DNA of 64,000 nucleotides from Terriglobia bacterium. Its GTDB lineage: Bacteria > Acidobacteriota > Terriglobia > 20CM-2-55-15. The stretch spans positions 512,001 through 576,000 of the forward strand of contig CAXWPJ010000012.1 in the NCBI GenBank assembly GCA_963664115.2, in the 5' to 3' direction. The position numbers were made by a program, and so were the translations under genes. Positions within the stretch are counted from its first letter, which is position 1, and every line of letters begins with the position of its first letter. This document shows, one piece after another, positions 1-10,124 of this stretch. The notes under the pieces were generated by a model, which saw only the letters and a program-made list of their open reading frames with translations, was not told the origin of the DNA and made no database searches.

Positions 1-411
1 ACGCACGATGGACTTCTTCAACGAGCACCTGCGCTAAGATTCTCGGCCATAGACTTCGCTACTATCGTTGCTGGCCAAACGGCCGTGAATTTGGCCGGGC
101 GGCTCAATGTGGGCAATGACTGAGAAAGATCACTTGATCTTGACCGCGACGGAGGCGAAAGTTTAAGTGTGGCGACCAGGTGGACCAGCAGGATGATGAG
201 GTCGCGCATCGAGACATCCTAGCGACCTCTCCCAGGATCACAAGACTTGATACCTCAAAGGATTGCGGGACAGGTTGGTAACTCGCCACCCACAGGTTCC
301 TATTTCGACCTTGACAGGGACCGGCACCTTGATGCTCCATAAGGGTGAACTTTCCGGGACGAGAAGAAGCGATGGCGTGATCTTCTTGTAACGTGATCTC
401 TTTCATAGAGA

Positions 412-1188
412 ATGGTCGTTGGCTTCTTGGACATAACCACTCAACGTCAAGCGCTCGCGACGGTTGCCATTGCTACTGTGCTTTTGGCGCTGGCCGGATA
501 TCACCCAACTGACCTTGACGCCCAGTCTCCGGGATCCGTAAGTGACGTTCCTGACCTCTCGGGGAACTGGGAGAGGAGAGGGAGTGTCGGAGAGGATGGT
601 CCTGTCCGCTTGACGGCCCGAGCCATTGGGTTTCGGGAGATGTTCGACGAAGCGCTGGCGCCGAGATATGACTGCCGGCCGGCCACCGCACCAGTCATCA
701 TTCGTGACCCCTACAACTTTCGAATCGAGCAGCAGGCGGACCGGGTGCTTCTCCGCTATGAGAAGGATGACGTCGTTCGTACCGTCTGGCTGGAGGGGTA
801 CGGCCATCCGACACCAGGTCCGGCTGATTTCACCATGCAAGGGCACTCGATCGGTCGGTACGAGGGAGACAGCTTGGTGATCGAGACCACGAAGTTTGAT
901 TTTGATCCGAACGGGCACGTCAACTCGGGGAATGTGGCCTCCTCGACGCTGAAGAAGGTGAGCGAGCGATATTGGCGCGTCGGCGACCGTTTGAGAGTGG
1001 AGGTGGTCGCCGAGGATCCGCTCATTCTGCTGGAGCCGTATAGTTTCGTTTACGAATGGGGACCCACCGAGACAGCGTTGGCAGCGTTCAACTGCGTCCC
1101 GGAGGACGCGAGGTTCCCGGCGCAATTCTTCCCTTCGAAGTACAGGGATCCGGACTGGGTTCGGCTGCCACAGAGTGACTCGCCGTAG
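412..1188 (+). CDS. Secreted hypothetical protein
   Basis: 258-aa ORF with hydrophobic N-terminal signal and PDLSGNW / GHSIGRYEGDSLVIET motifs; directly upstream of the DUF6152-like gene. Confidence 0.75.
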   Translation: MVVGFLDITTQRQALATVAIATVLLALAGYHPTDLDAQSPGSVSDVPDLSGNWERRGSVGEDGPVRLTARAIGFREMFDEALAPRYDCRPATAPVIIRDPYNFRIEQQADRVLLRYEKDDVVRTVWLEGYGHPTPGPADFTMQGHSIGRYEGDSLVIETTKFDFDPNGHVNSGNVASSTLKKVSERYWRVGDRLRVEVVAEDPLILLEPYSFVYEWGPTETALAAFNCVPEDARFPAQFFPSKYRDPDWVRLPQSDSP

Positions 1189-1260
1189 TTCCGTGACGGG
1201 GTGGCGATCGTGAACGCTGCACGCGTCGGGTCTATACCCGAGCTACGGGAGGTCAGCAAG

Positions 1261-1695
1261 ATGAGATCCTGGTTATCGACAATATTGGCGGCGAGCGTCA
1301 CCGTTTCAATCCTCGTCGCCGCTGCGCTGGCGTTGGCCTCGGATGCGTTCGCTCACCACAGTCAGCAGTACTTCGATTCCGAGACGATCGTCACGGTCCA
1401 GGGTCGACTGACCCGTCTCGACTGGCGGAATCCCCATGTGTACATCTACGTCGAGGTGACGGAGGCAAGCGGCGACACGGTCGACTGGAGAATCGAAACA
1501 CATCCCGTGCGCGTCATGCTGGGTGGAGGCTGGACGCAGGACTCGCTCAGGCCCGGAGAGCAGGTGACCGTCGAAGCTCACCCGGTTAAGAACGCACAGA
1601 CAACGCAGAGATATGCGCGGCTCGCTCGGCTCACCAGAGAGGACGGTACCGTCCTGATGGAGCCCACAGGGGGCGGCCGCCTCGTCGCGCAATGA
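1261..1695 (+). CDS. DUF6152-like secreted protein
   Basis: Signal peptide, then AHHS...WRNPHVYI motif; ATG at 1261 with upstream GGGAGG. Confidence 0.75.
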   Translation: MRSWLSTILAASVTVSILVAAALALASDAFAHHSQQYFDSETIVTVQGRLTRLDWRNPHVYIYVEVTEASGDTVDWRIETHPVRVMLGGGWTQDSLRPGEQVTVEAHPVKNAQTTQRYARLARLTREDGTVLMEPTGGGRLVAQ

Positions 1696-1868
1696 GCGGG
1701 CAGATTGGCCATACGAATCCGAATGCTGGCTGAGGGGCTCTGCCTGGGGCACATACGTTAACAGGCCTTTGGGCCCTCGGGCGAAGCACACCGAACTTTC
1801 ACTGGATTGCTGATGAGTTCTCCCGCCTGTGGGTCCAAGCGACGTGCGTTGAGTCTGCCTTGGGTGAG

Positions 1869-1940
1869 TGTATGTCGTCAGGACAATTCGGACAGACGCG
1901 CCGTTTTTCTAAGAGACGGTTTTCAAGTTACACCATTCCA
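1869..1940 (-). mobile_element. Isolated, diverged right end of the IS3-family element
   Basis: Reverse complement matches the right end of the full copies (AACCGTCTCTTAG...CTGACGACRTACA). Confidence 0.75.
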
Positions 1941-2039
1941 CTAACGTCTTTTCCGTGACCTCCCCCCAGACACTTCGGGCACTTCGCAACCTCTGACAGG
2001 AGGCCACGCCCAATTCATAGCAGTTTTCAGGAATTACAG

Positions 2040-2079
2040 TTCTCAACGTCCGAGAAGATGATTTCTCAGGACTTGAGAA
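2040..2079 (+). repeat. 40-bp dif-like array site, intact
   Basis: TTCTCAACGTCCGAGAAGATGATTTCTCAGGACTTGAGAA. Confidence 0.95.
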
Positions 2080-2140
2080 CTACATTTCTCATAATAGCCG
2101 GTTAAACGGCCAGCGCAACTGCTGGACTGGACACCCTGGT

Positions 2141-2509
2141 TTAGTCAGCCAGTTGGACGAGCTGCAGTTCATTCCCGGACGGGTCCTTAAGGGTCGCTAG
2201 CCACCCGCCCCAATGCTGCTGCTCTGGTTCGCCAGAAAACTGAACGTCAAGAGCTGACAGCTGTTGATGCTTTGACCTAATGTCACCGACCGCAAACGAT
2301 ACTCCCGTGAAGCGACCAACCAATACTTGCTCATCTTGCGGTGCGTCTTTTGCCACGGCCTCGATAACGAGCTGGGGACCGCCAGCATTTAAGATACAGA
2401 CGCCATGATCGAGATCTTTCGTCTCCAGCGTAAGGCCTAATTGGTCAACGTAAAAGCGTTCGGCTTCCGCAACATCATTAACAAATATTCGCACTGCGCT
2501 GAGATTCAT
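2141..2509 (-). CDS. VOC/glyoxalase family protein (single-gene interval)
   Basis: VRIFVNDVAEAERFY...DPSGNELQL motifs; only gene between the sites at 2040 and 2582. Confidence 0.9.
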   Translation of the reverse strand: MNLSAVRIFVNDVAEAERFYVDQLGLTLETKDLDHGVCILNAGGPQLVIEAVAKDAPQDEQVLVGRFTGVSFAVGDIRSKHQQLSALDVQFSGEPEQQHWGGWLATLKDPSGNELQLVQLAD

Positions 2510-2581
2510 ATGCTCTCTCTATATGATGGACTTACCTGCCTATCAGGGTGCAGTCGTCTTGTCCCTGGCCGAAAATGTGAA

Positions 2582-2621
2582 ATCTCAACGTCCGACAAGA
2601 TGATTTCTCAGGACTTGAGAT
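2582..2621 (+). repeat. 40-bp dif-like array site, intact
   Basis: ATCTCAACGTCCGACAAGATGATTTCTCAGGACTTGAGAT. Confidence 0.95.
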
Positions 2622-3342
2622 CTGTCTTTGCAAGGGCGTGCCTGGCGTATATTTCACTCTGGGTCTGGAAAGACTCGGACGGTCCGCTCAGCGAAAGACT
2701 CTTGCCTCATCATGTGAATCACCAATTGGTTGTAACGGTCGTTCGGCGCCACCGTTTCAGCGAATTGTGAAGCCACGTCCACAACACTCTCTATGAAAGT
2801 GCGTGCGAAATACATCGACCATCCACCGTAACCCATTTTCCAGCTGTGTCGTGAAGCTCTGGTACCCGTCAGCTATGCCGGACATCGAACCCCATAAACG
2901 TCATTATGTGAATATTGCACATGGGGTTTGAATTACCTATCATCGTCAGCGGGAAGATAGGCAACCGGCTCGTGACGTTCAGCCTCCCCGAGGTGTTTTG
3001 ATTTCGGATGGCGGCGACCGGGGCGGACGAGTGCGCTGTTGACGCGAGCGTTGGGGTGCCTCGCTGCGCCCCGCGCACCAGCGCTGTGAGGATGACGCTC
3101 ACGTAGCCATTTCATGAGAGCCTCCGCGTCGAGGGCCCAGACGTGGTCGTCGTCCTCCTGAAGAGCGCCCCCGACTAGGGCTCAACCTATCCCTGGATTC
3201 GGACCACCGCAGGCTACTAAACAGGGCCGCGCGGACATGGGATGATCACACAAGACGTGCGACCCGAGCCGCGATGAGCGCCGGGCGCTGATAGAGTTGC
3301 AGTGCGTTGTGTGTGAAACTACAATCATTTTGGGGAGGCATC

Positions 3343-3837
3343 ATGTCTACAACGATCCGGTTTCTTTCGACGCTGGGGTGTGTGTGCGCCTTGGCAGTTC
3401 CAGCCGCGGCGCAGCTTACCGTCCGCAGGGATCTTTCCTATGCCATGGCCAGGACTGTTGCGGACACCACGATGGCGCGTTGTCTAACGGAGAACCTACA
3501 GGTTTCGATTCACGTCATAGACAGTAGCGGCGACACGATTGTTGCCTTGCGCGGAGACGGCGCGCGGCCGTTCACCTTCGAGAACAGCTACGAAAAGGCC
3601 TTTACGGCGATGGCGTTCCGCCGCCCCAGCGCCGAGATGCAGGCCGAGTATGTAGAAGGCAACATGACCCGTGCGCAGCAGGCCGATTTTCCGCATGTGG
3701 TGATGATCGGCGGTGGGATGCCGATTATCGCTGATGGCGAAGTGGTCGGTGGTGTCGGGATTTCGGGTGCGGCAAGCACAGCAACCGATGTCTGCGTGCA
3801 AGCCGGAATCGACGCGGTCGCCGCGCAGCTACGCTAG
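3343..3837 (+). CDS. GlcG/HbpS-like heme-binding protein
   Basis: Signal peptide; KAFTA and GGMPIIADGEVVGGVGISGA motifs; GGAGG RBS before ATG 3343. Confidence 0.85.
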   Translation: MSTTIRFLSTLGCVCALAVPAAAQLTVRRDLSYAMARTVADTTMARCLTENLQVSIHVIDSSGDTIVALRGDGARPFTFENSYEKAFTAMAFRRPSAEMQAEYVEGNMTRAQQADFPHVVMIGGGMPIIADGEVVGGVGISGAASTATDVCVQAGIDAVAAQLR

Positions 3838-3869
3838 CGCTGGCCGCTTCAGGCGGGGCCTACTGCTTC

Positions 3870-3971
3870 CGCGCGACGGCCTGCGGCCGCGCGCGGATTG
3901 ACATAACACCCATACGGCGACACTGCCAGGGCTGCCATAGGTGCCGGACCCTGCTTGTTCCGCTTATCCGC
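3870..3971 (+). repeat. Family-2 repeat with XerD-like arm (copy A)
   Basis: Similar to 31058-31133, 31934-32035 and inverted 55476-55546; minus strand reads GTGTCGCCGTA-TGGGTG-TTATGTCAATC. Confidence 0.8.
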
Positions 3972-4395
3972 GCCGGACCTTCACATTGGCCGGTTTTAGG
4001 TCTCGATGGATGATCCCTTGCTCGTGTGCGGCCTCAAGGGCCTCGGCGATCTGTTTCGCAATAGGCAGAGCTTCATCAACGGGAATCGGCCCTTGTGTAA
4101 TACGGTCGGCGAGGGTCGGCCCCTCGACCAACTCCATCACGAGGGCGTGGACGCTGGTGGATTTTTCAAAGCCGTATATCTGGGCGATGTTCGGATGGTT
4201 CAACGTCGCCAGGGTTTTGGCTTCACGCTCAAACCTTGCGAGACGATCCTCATCCTTCGCAAACTCTTCAGGCAGCGTCTTGATGGCGACTTCGCGCCCA
4301 AGTTTCGTATCCCGCACACGCCACACTTCTCCCATGCCACCCTTACCTAAGAGCGTTGAGATCTCGTAGCGGCCGAGTTTGGTGCCGGATTCCAT
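3964..4395 (-). pseudogene. N-terminal fragment of a Hanks-type Ser/Thr protein kinase
   Basis: LGKGGMGEV, VAIK and HRDLKPAN motifs; ends before DFG, at the family-2 repeat. Confidence 0.9.
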
Positions 4396-4496
4396 AAAAT
4401 CGTGTGTGCCGAAACGAAACGTGAAAAAGTTGGATAAATCTAACTACAGGTAGGGTTTATAAGCAAGGATGTTGTGAGCCCGAAGGCCTCGCCCAA

Positions 4497-4536
4497 TTCT
4501 CAACGTCCGAGAAGATGATTTCTCAGGACTTGAGAA
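4497..4536 (+). repeat. 40-bp dif-like array site, intact
   Basis: Identical to the site at 2040. Confidence 0.95.
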
Positions 4537-4556
4537 TCATGTTCACGGTTGAAGGC

Positions 4557-5168
4557 TCAGAGCCCTTTCGTCATTCGATAGAACTTCAATCCCGGTATAG
4601 CCAATCTCTTCGGCCACTGCGACTCGACGTTCATCCCGCGGCGCTCGTAGAATCGGCAAGCTCCCGCATTCCTAGCTGAAACGTCGAGGGATAGTCGAGT
4701 CGATCCGCTCGCACGAGCCCGATCTTCAACGAAGTCCATCAAGACGGAGCCGACGCCATCGCCGCGAAGTTCCTTATCAACAGCGATGGCTTGGAGGTAG
4801 AAATCGCCATCGGCGATTGAATCGACAATCCGCATGATTGGAGCAAACAGTATCTCTACGGTCCTCATTTGTAGATTGAATCTTCCGGCAGCCCGCTTCA
4901 GGGGTTGGCGCGAAGAACGGCGATGCTGCTCCGCGGTGTACACGCAGACTGTTCCCACGATGACGTCGTCACGTTCTGCGAAAGTCACATTTTGGTAGGA
5001 GAGGTCGTGGTCGGGCTGGGCGAACGCCGTGGCGACTATTTGCTCGGCGCGGCGACCGAGCCAAAAACGAAAGAATCCCTCGGCTGCTTGGTCAAGGTAG
5101 CGAGCAAATGCCAGACCTTCATCGAACGTGGGTTTGGCGGCCCTTAAGACTATCGAATGCCGATCCAT
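4557..5168 (-). CDS. GNAT family N-acetyltransferase (single-gene interval)
   Basis: YLQAIAVDKELRGDGVGS acetyl-CoA motif and N..A.RFYER.G; fills the interval between two sites. Confidence 0.9.
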   Translation of the reverse strand: MDRHSIVLRAAKPTFDEGLAFARYLDQAAEGFFRFWLGRRAEQIVATAFAQPDHDLSYQNVTFAERDDVIVGTVCVYTAEQHRRSSRQPLKRAAGRFNLQMRTVEILFAPIMRIVDSIADGDFYLQAIAVDKELRGDGVGSVLMDFVEDRARASGSTRLSLDVSARNAGACRFYERRGMNVESQWPKRLAIPGLKFYRMTKGL

Positions 5169-5211
5169 ATCGTCCTTCTACGCCGAACATGGTAGTAGGC
5201 CGTGCATCCAA

Positions 5212-5251
5212 TTCTCAACGTCCGAGAAGATGATTTATCAGGACTTGACCT
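5212..5251 (+). repeat. 40-bp dif-like array site, intact
   Basis: TTCTCAACGTCCGAGAAGATGATTTATCAGGACTTGACCT, followed by kinase-tail remnant HWFEEPKERGPVP* on the minus strand. Confidence 0.95.
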
Positions 5252-5767
5252 CGAAAATCAGGGAACAGGCCCTCGTTCTTTCGGTTCCTCGAACCAGTGT
5301 TTATTTAGGGCGCGTTCTGAATCGAGAGGCGGCTTGGTTCAGGGAGTCGTGTAGTTCTTCCCAAGCTTTCTGCAGGCCTGGTTTCAGATCGTCCCAAGCT
5401 TCAGCAGTCGTTTCTTTCAATTCGCGCAACTTGTACTGCGCGGCTTCCAGTTTCCTGCGAAGTTTACTGATCTGCGCTTTAACTTCGGACGTAATGCTTC
5501 CGCTTCTGTCCCGGCAGCGGTTTCCAGTTTCCTGCGAAGTTTACTGATCTGCGCTCGCAACTCGTTGAGTCGATCTTCCACGTTCGGCCCGTCAGATCGT
5601 TGGTCAGTCATCTAACCTAAGCATAATATGGAATGTCCTTGCTGTTTCCGTATCCCGAGTCAAAGACGGTACGGCAACGACTATACAACCCAGTGAAATT
5701 ACTACGGACCTACTCAGAGCCATTGGAAAGAATCATCAGGGGTTGAACGGGCTCAGTTAGTGGCAAC

Positions 5768-5965
5768 CTACGGCACCGGCACCCGCTCTTTCAGTTCTTC
5801 AAACCAGTTCAGGACGATGTTGCTTCGGTCTGGCTCTGCCTCGCTGCCTTTGAGCGCGGCATGCTGAACCATCACGAATCGTTGACCGTCGGCTGTCAAA
5901 TCGTAGACGGGAAACGGCGCCATATAGACTTCATTGCGGCCTGACTCGTCGGAGACATACGCCAC
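5768..5965 (-). pseudogene. Internally deleted C-terminal remnant of a kinase/TolB-like propeller protein
   Basis: AYVSDESGRNEVY joined to YDLTADGQRF...IVLNWFEELKERVPVP*. Confidence 0.7.
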
Positions 5966-6021
5966 CCAGTTGCCAACTTTCGTTACAACAGGGCCACCGT
6001 CGAGTTCAGCTCTAACTTTCC

Positions 6022-6618
6022 TTACAGAGGCCGGATCCGGACATTTCGGAACTTAACGACACCCGCTCCATACTGGAGCGCGAAGGGCCCCTCCATATGC
6101 TCGTCATGCATGATGTCGACAGTTCGCGTGCCGTTCAGCGTCACCACAAGCCGTGAGTCATCAGCCGTGATTTCGTATGTATTCCACCGCCCTCCTGCAT
6201 TAATTACGGCCTGAGGCGCTGCGATGTTTACGATGCCGCCGGTCCTGTAGGTTTGATCGGGTCGGGTGTCGTAGATGTTCACTTCGTAACAACTATCGTC
6301 TCCGACATTCTCCCCGTCCGAGCAACGAATGAAGATGCCGCTGTTGGCGGGTTCATCCACCCAGAACTCCAATTGGAGTTCGAAGTCTCCATAGGAGGCT
6401 GCCGATACGAGGAACCCGTTGCCGCTGTCGGCCCCAACGGAACCATCATCGGCCAATTCCCAGTTGGCATCACCGATGTTGTCCCAGCCTTCGAGACTGG
6501 TACCGTCAAACAATGTCGTCCATCCGTCGCTGTCCTGACCGGATGCCGCGGGCGAAAAGTGACCACTCATGAATCCGACAACGAGCAATCCGAATGTGAT
6601 TGTCGCCAAGCGTTTCAT
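6022..6618 (-). CDS. DUF1080 (3-keto-disaccharide hydrolase-like) protein
   Basis: GWTTLFDGTSLEGW, ANSGIFIR, GRWNTYEI and VKFRNVRIRPL motifs; signal peptide. Confidence 0.9.
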   Translation of the reverse strand: MKRLATITFGLLVVGFMSGHFSPAASGQDSDGWTTLFDGTSLEGWDNIGDANWELADDGSVGADSGNGFLVSAASYGDFELQLEFWVDEPANSGIFIRCSDGENVGDDSCYEVNIYDTRPDQTYRTGGIVNIAAPQAVINAGGRWNTYEITADDSRLVVTLNGTRTVDIMHDEHMEGPFALQYGAGVVKFRNVRIRPL

Positions 6619-6758
6619 TTAGACCCCTGATTTCGATAACGTAAAAGGGACCCACCAAACGGGGCTCTGATCGAGGAAAAGGGACCCACCCCTGATAGCC
6701 TCCCCCAGGCGTGCGCTGGATGAACCGGCACGCGAGTGGGAGGCGAGGATTGATAGGG

Positions 6759-8281
6759 ATGGATCAGTATGAGTTGGTCAGAACCGCACACCGTGTTTAC
6801 AAGAAAAGCATTCGACAGATCGCCCGGGAAACCGGACACACACGACGGACGGTCCGGAAAGTATTGGCCGGACAGGAACCCAAGTATCGGCGAGAGAAGG
6901 AGCCGGCCTGTCCGGCGATGGACCCGGTCGCTGGGATCGTCGATGCCTGGCTCCAGGCGGACCGGGACCAGCCAGTCAAGCAACGCCACACCGCGCACCG
7001 GGTGTGGCAACGTCTGGTGGAGGAGCATGACTTTACCGGAGCCGAGCCGACGGTACGCCGCTGGGTTCGGGAACGGAAGACACGGTTGGGCTGGAACCCG
7101 ACCGGTGCTGTGGTGCCGCTGGATCCGGAACACGCCCGTGAAGCCGAGGTGGACTGGGGTACGGCCTGGGTCCGGATGAACGGTGAAGACCGTCAGGTCA
7201 AGTTGTTCTGCATGCGATCCCGGTACTCGGGCAAGGCGTTTGTGCGGGCCTATCCGTGGGAACGGCAGGAGATGTTCCTGGACGGTCACATCCGTGGGTT
7301 CGACTGGTACGGGGCGTGTTCCCGACGTTAGTGTTCGATAACCTGAAAACCGCCGTGAAACAGATTCTGAGGGGGAAGGGCCGGGTTGAACAGACGCGGT
7401 TCACCGCATTTCGGGCCCACTACACGTTTGAAGCACGGTTCTGCAATCCGGCGCGGGGCCAGGAGAAAGGCGGGGTCGAGGGATTGGTCGGCTTCGCACG
7501 GAGAAACTTCCTGGTGCCGGTTCCCGAGGTGAGGGACTTCGAGGAGTTGAACGCGCAGTTGCTGGAACGCTGCGGTGCCGACGACCAGCGGAGGATCGGC
7601 GGCCGGTCCGACGATCGCACGATCGGGGAGCGGCACGCGGTGGAGCAAGAACGCCTCTTGGCACTGCCCGACACACGGTTCGAGAACACGAAGGTGGTGG
7701 GAGTCCGGATCAGCCGGTATCAGACCGCCCAGGTGGATCAGAACCGGTATTCGGTGCCGACCGCATATGTGGGACGCCGGCTCTGGGCCCATATCGGCTG
7801 TGACCGGGTGAGCTTTTACGCGGACCAGAAGAAGGTGGCCGAACATGACCGCGCCTTCGGTCATAGCGACTGGCGGATTGATCCGTTGCACTACCTGGAG
7901 TTGATCCGACGGAAAGTCGCCTCGTTTGAGAGCGCCCGGCCAATCCGGCAGTGGCGGGATCAATGGCCGGCCCATTATGAGACGGCGCTGGAACGGTTGC
8001 GGGATCGGCACGGGTACAGCCGGGGCACCCGGGAGTTCATAGCCATCCTGCAACTCCACCAGGACTGGGATCTGGGTCGGGTGTCCTCGGCCATCCAGGG
8101 CGCACTCGATGCCCACTGTATCGAGTTGGAAGCGGTCCGGCACATTCTGATGCGGGAGGACACGCCGACTCGATCCCATGCACCGCTCGAGTCCGGGTTG
8201 ATGCCCGGTATCACCGACCTGACGATCGCCCGGGCCGATCTGGATCAATATGACCGTCTCCTGGCTGGGGGTGTGCGATGA
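6759..8281 (+). pseudogene. istA: IS21 transposase IstA, frameshifted near 7311
   Basis: Split between ORF 6711-7331 (HTH, EAEVDWG) and ORF 7256-8281 (FDNLK, EKGGVE). Confidence 0.85.
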
Positions 8282-9069
8282 GTCCGGGTCAGGAGATCGT
8301 TCTCGACGACGCACTCCGGCAACTCCGGCTTCCGGCCATGGTGCGGGAGTGGCGGGAACACGCCCGACAGGCCAAAGAGGCCGGCGAGGGGTACACCGGC
8401 TTTCTATTGGCTCTGGCCAGTCGCGAGCTGGAACAGCGGCAAGCCAATCAGGTCCAGCGTCGACTGCGGGAGGCCCGGTTTCCACTGCTCAAGACCCTGG
8501 AGACCACGGACCTGAAGAAGTGGCCGGTGCTCGATGCGGTCCAGGTTCGCGACTACGCCGAGTGCGGCTACATCACCCGGCGCGAGAACGTCGTGCTGTT
8601 GGGCAAGCACGGCACCGGCAAAACCCATGCCGCCACCGTGCTGGGTGTGGAAGCCTGCCGGAGGGGCTACCGCGTCGGGTTCACCACGGCCGCCGGGCTG
8701 GTCAACACCTTGATCGAGTCACGTGAGGAGCGGCAACTGAAGCGGCATCTGGCGAAGCTGGCCCGCTTCGAACTGCTCATCGTGGACGAAGTCGGCTATA
8801 TCCCGTTCTCGGCCGAGGGGGCGCAGTTGCTGTTTCAGGTCTTCTCGGACCGCTACGAAAAGGGTTCGCTGATCGTCACATCGAACCTGCCGTTTGCACA
8901 GTGGACCAGCGTCTTCGGTGACGCCGCACTGACTGCAGCCCTGCTGGACCGGCTCACCCATCACTGCGCCATTCACCAGTTCGATTGGGAAAGTATCCAG
9001 GTTACCGACAGCCTCGGTGCCGCCAGCAAACGGAAGAAGAAACCCCGGTCCGCCGGAGGATCCGCGTGA
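8278..9069 (+). CDS. istB: IS21 helper ATPase IstB
   Basis: Walker A GKHGTGKTH, LLIVDEVGY, ALLDRLTHH. Confidence 0.95.
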   Translation: MSPGQEIVLDDALRQLRLPAMVREWREHARQAKEAGEGYTGFLLALASRELEQRQANQVQRRLREARFPLLKTLETTDLKKWPVLDAVQVRDYAECGYITRRENVVLLGKHGTGKTHAATVLGVEACRRGYRVGFTTAAGLVNTLIESREERQLKRHLAKLARFELLIVDEVGYIPFSAEGAQLLFQVFSDRYEKGSLIVTSNLPFAQWTSVFGDAALTAALLDRLTHHCAIHQFDWESIQVTDSLGAASKRKKKPRSAGGSA

Positions 9070-9661
9070 AAACCGCGGGCGCAGCCGGCTGTGGAAACTG
9101 CCGCCCCCATGGAAACCCGCTGCAAAGCCAGCGCGTTCCCACAGTGGCTTGGAAGCCTTCGGCTCCCACACTTCCCACAGCCTCGACGGCGGATTTACTT
9201 ACAAACCATTAACCAGGGGGTGGGTCCCTTTTACTCGATCGGGGTGGGTCCTTTTTACGTTGTCAAAGCGACTCGCCCAAAGGTCCTTCGTGTATAGGAC
9301 TCCACGAGTCCCCGATTGACCTATAGATGAAGGTGTATTGGGCCGGGAAGGAACCATCCTCTCTTGAGGTTCTGAAGGATCTAAAACCAAGAAATTCGAT
9401 TCTGACCGCCGCCGGTTCACCAAAAGCTTCGACAAATGTCTCTTCCGTGAAAGATCCGGGTAGCAACTGTTCCCAACTTTGAGACTGTCCCACAACTGGG
9501 CCCGACACGAGAACGGCGATAACACCAACGAAACATGCCATTGACCTGAGATCAACGCGTGGAAGGACTCCTGAGTGTGGCGGCAGAATATATCCCATTT
9601 TGGGATATTACATTAGGCAAAGGTAAAAGCAAGGGCTTCAGACCCTCTGTGAGGCGAAGCC

Positions 9662-9883
9662 CTGAAAGACGCGCAATACCGCAGACGCTACCGAGCCTTC
9701 CTCAAACGGCTAAAACAGGCACGTCTAGACGCCAACCTGACGCAGGCCGAAGTCAGCCGCAGAATCGGCAAGCCCCAATCTTTCCTATCTAAAATCGAAA
9801 CTGGCGAGCGAAGGGTGGATTTCGTTGAGCTTCAGGAGTTGGCGCGAGTCTATCGGAAAGACGTTTCTTTCTTTACCGATTAA
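9662..9883 (+). CDS. XRE-family HTH regulator (start uncertain or frameshifted)
   Basis: Manual translation RLKQARLDANLTQAEVSRRIGKPQSFLSKIETGERRVDFVEL; not in the ORF track. Confidence 0.75.
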   Translation: MKDAQYRRRYRAFLKRLKQARLDANLTQAEVSRRIGKPQSFLSKIETGERRVDFVELQELARVYRKDVSFFTD

Positions 9884-9994
9884 TGCTATCCCGCCACGTT
9901 CCCCCAAGTACTCAAACCAACCACTCATTTTCAAAGTGCTTTACTTGACAGTTTGAGTGAATGTGTGACTTTTATGGAGCTTGAGGATATCTAA

Positions 9995-10124
9995 TTGAAT
10001 TGGCCAATTCGGAGTCACTCCCGCAGTCAGGTAGATAAAGCCGGTCTGATGCTCCGCAAAGTCAGCAATGAAATTGCGAGCGGGGTAGTAGTCCAGAATT
10101 ATTTGGACTTTCACAAGGCATATC
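9995..10124 (+). pseudogene. 5' stub of a probable RelA/SpoT-domain protein, truncated by IS256
   Basis: TTG start with GAGG RBS; MNWPIRSHSRSQVDKAGLML resembles N-termini of small RelA/SpoT-domain proteins (from recall, unverified). Confidence 0.4.

Larger units (their letters stand above)
6628..9271 (+). mobile_element. IS21-family insertion sequence
   Basis: istA/istB pair; ends carry repeated AAAAGGGACCCACC motifs in inverted orientation; no TSD evident. Confidence 0.9.

Noticed and set aside
18-406. Short ORFs at the window start
   Set aside because: MRDLIILLVHLVAT may be a transposase/integrase stub, but it is too short to support a call.
5445-5555. 34-bp direct repeat in a small ORF
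   Set aside because: Local duplication in a decayed coiled-coil gene; only two copies and unrelated to the other repeat families.
7300-7331. Programmed frameshift in istA
   Set aside because: No slippery heptamer, and IS21 istA is normally one ORF; more likely a mutation or sequencing indel in the G-run.
7328-8485. Long antisense or overlapping ORFs (also 403-1125, 10642-11574, 15368-16279, 17085-18059, 52501-53394)
   Set aside because: Shadows of well-supported genes on the other strand in GC-rich DNA; no motifs.
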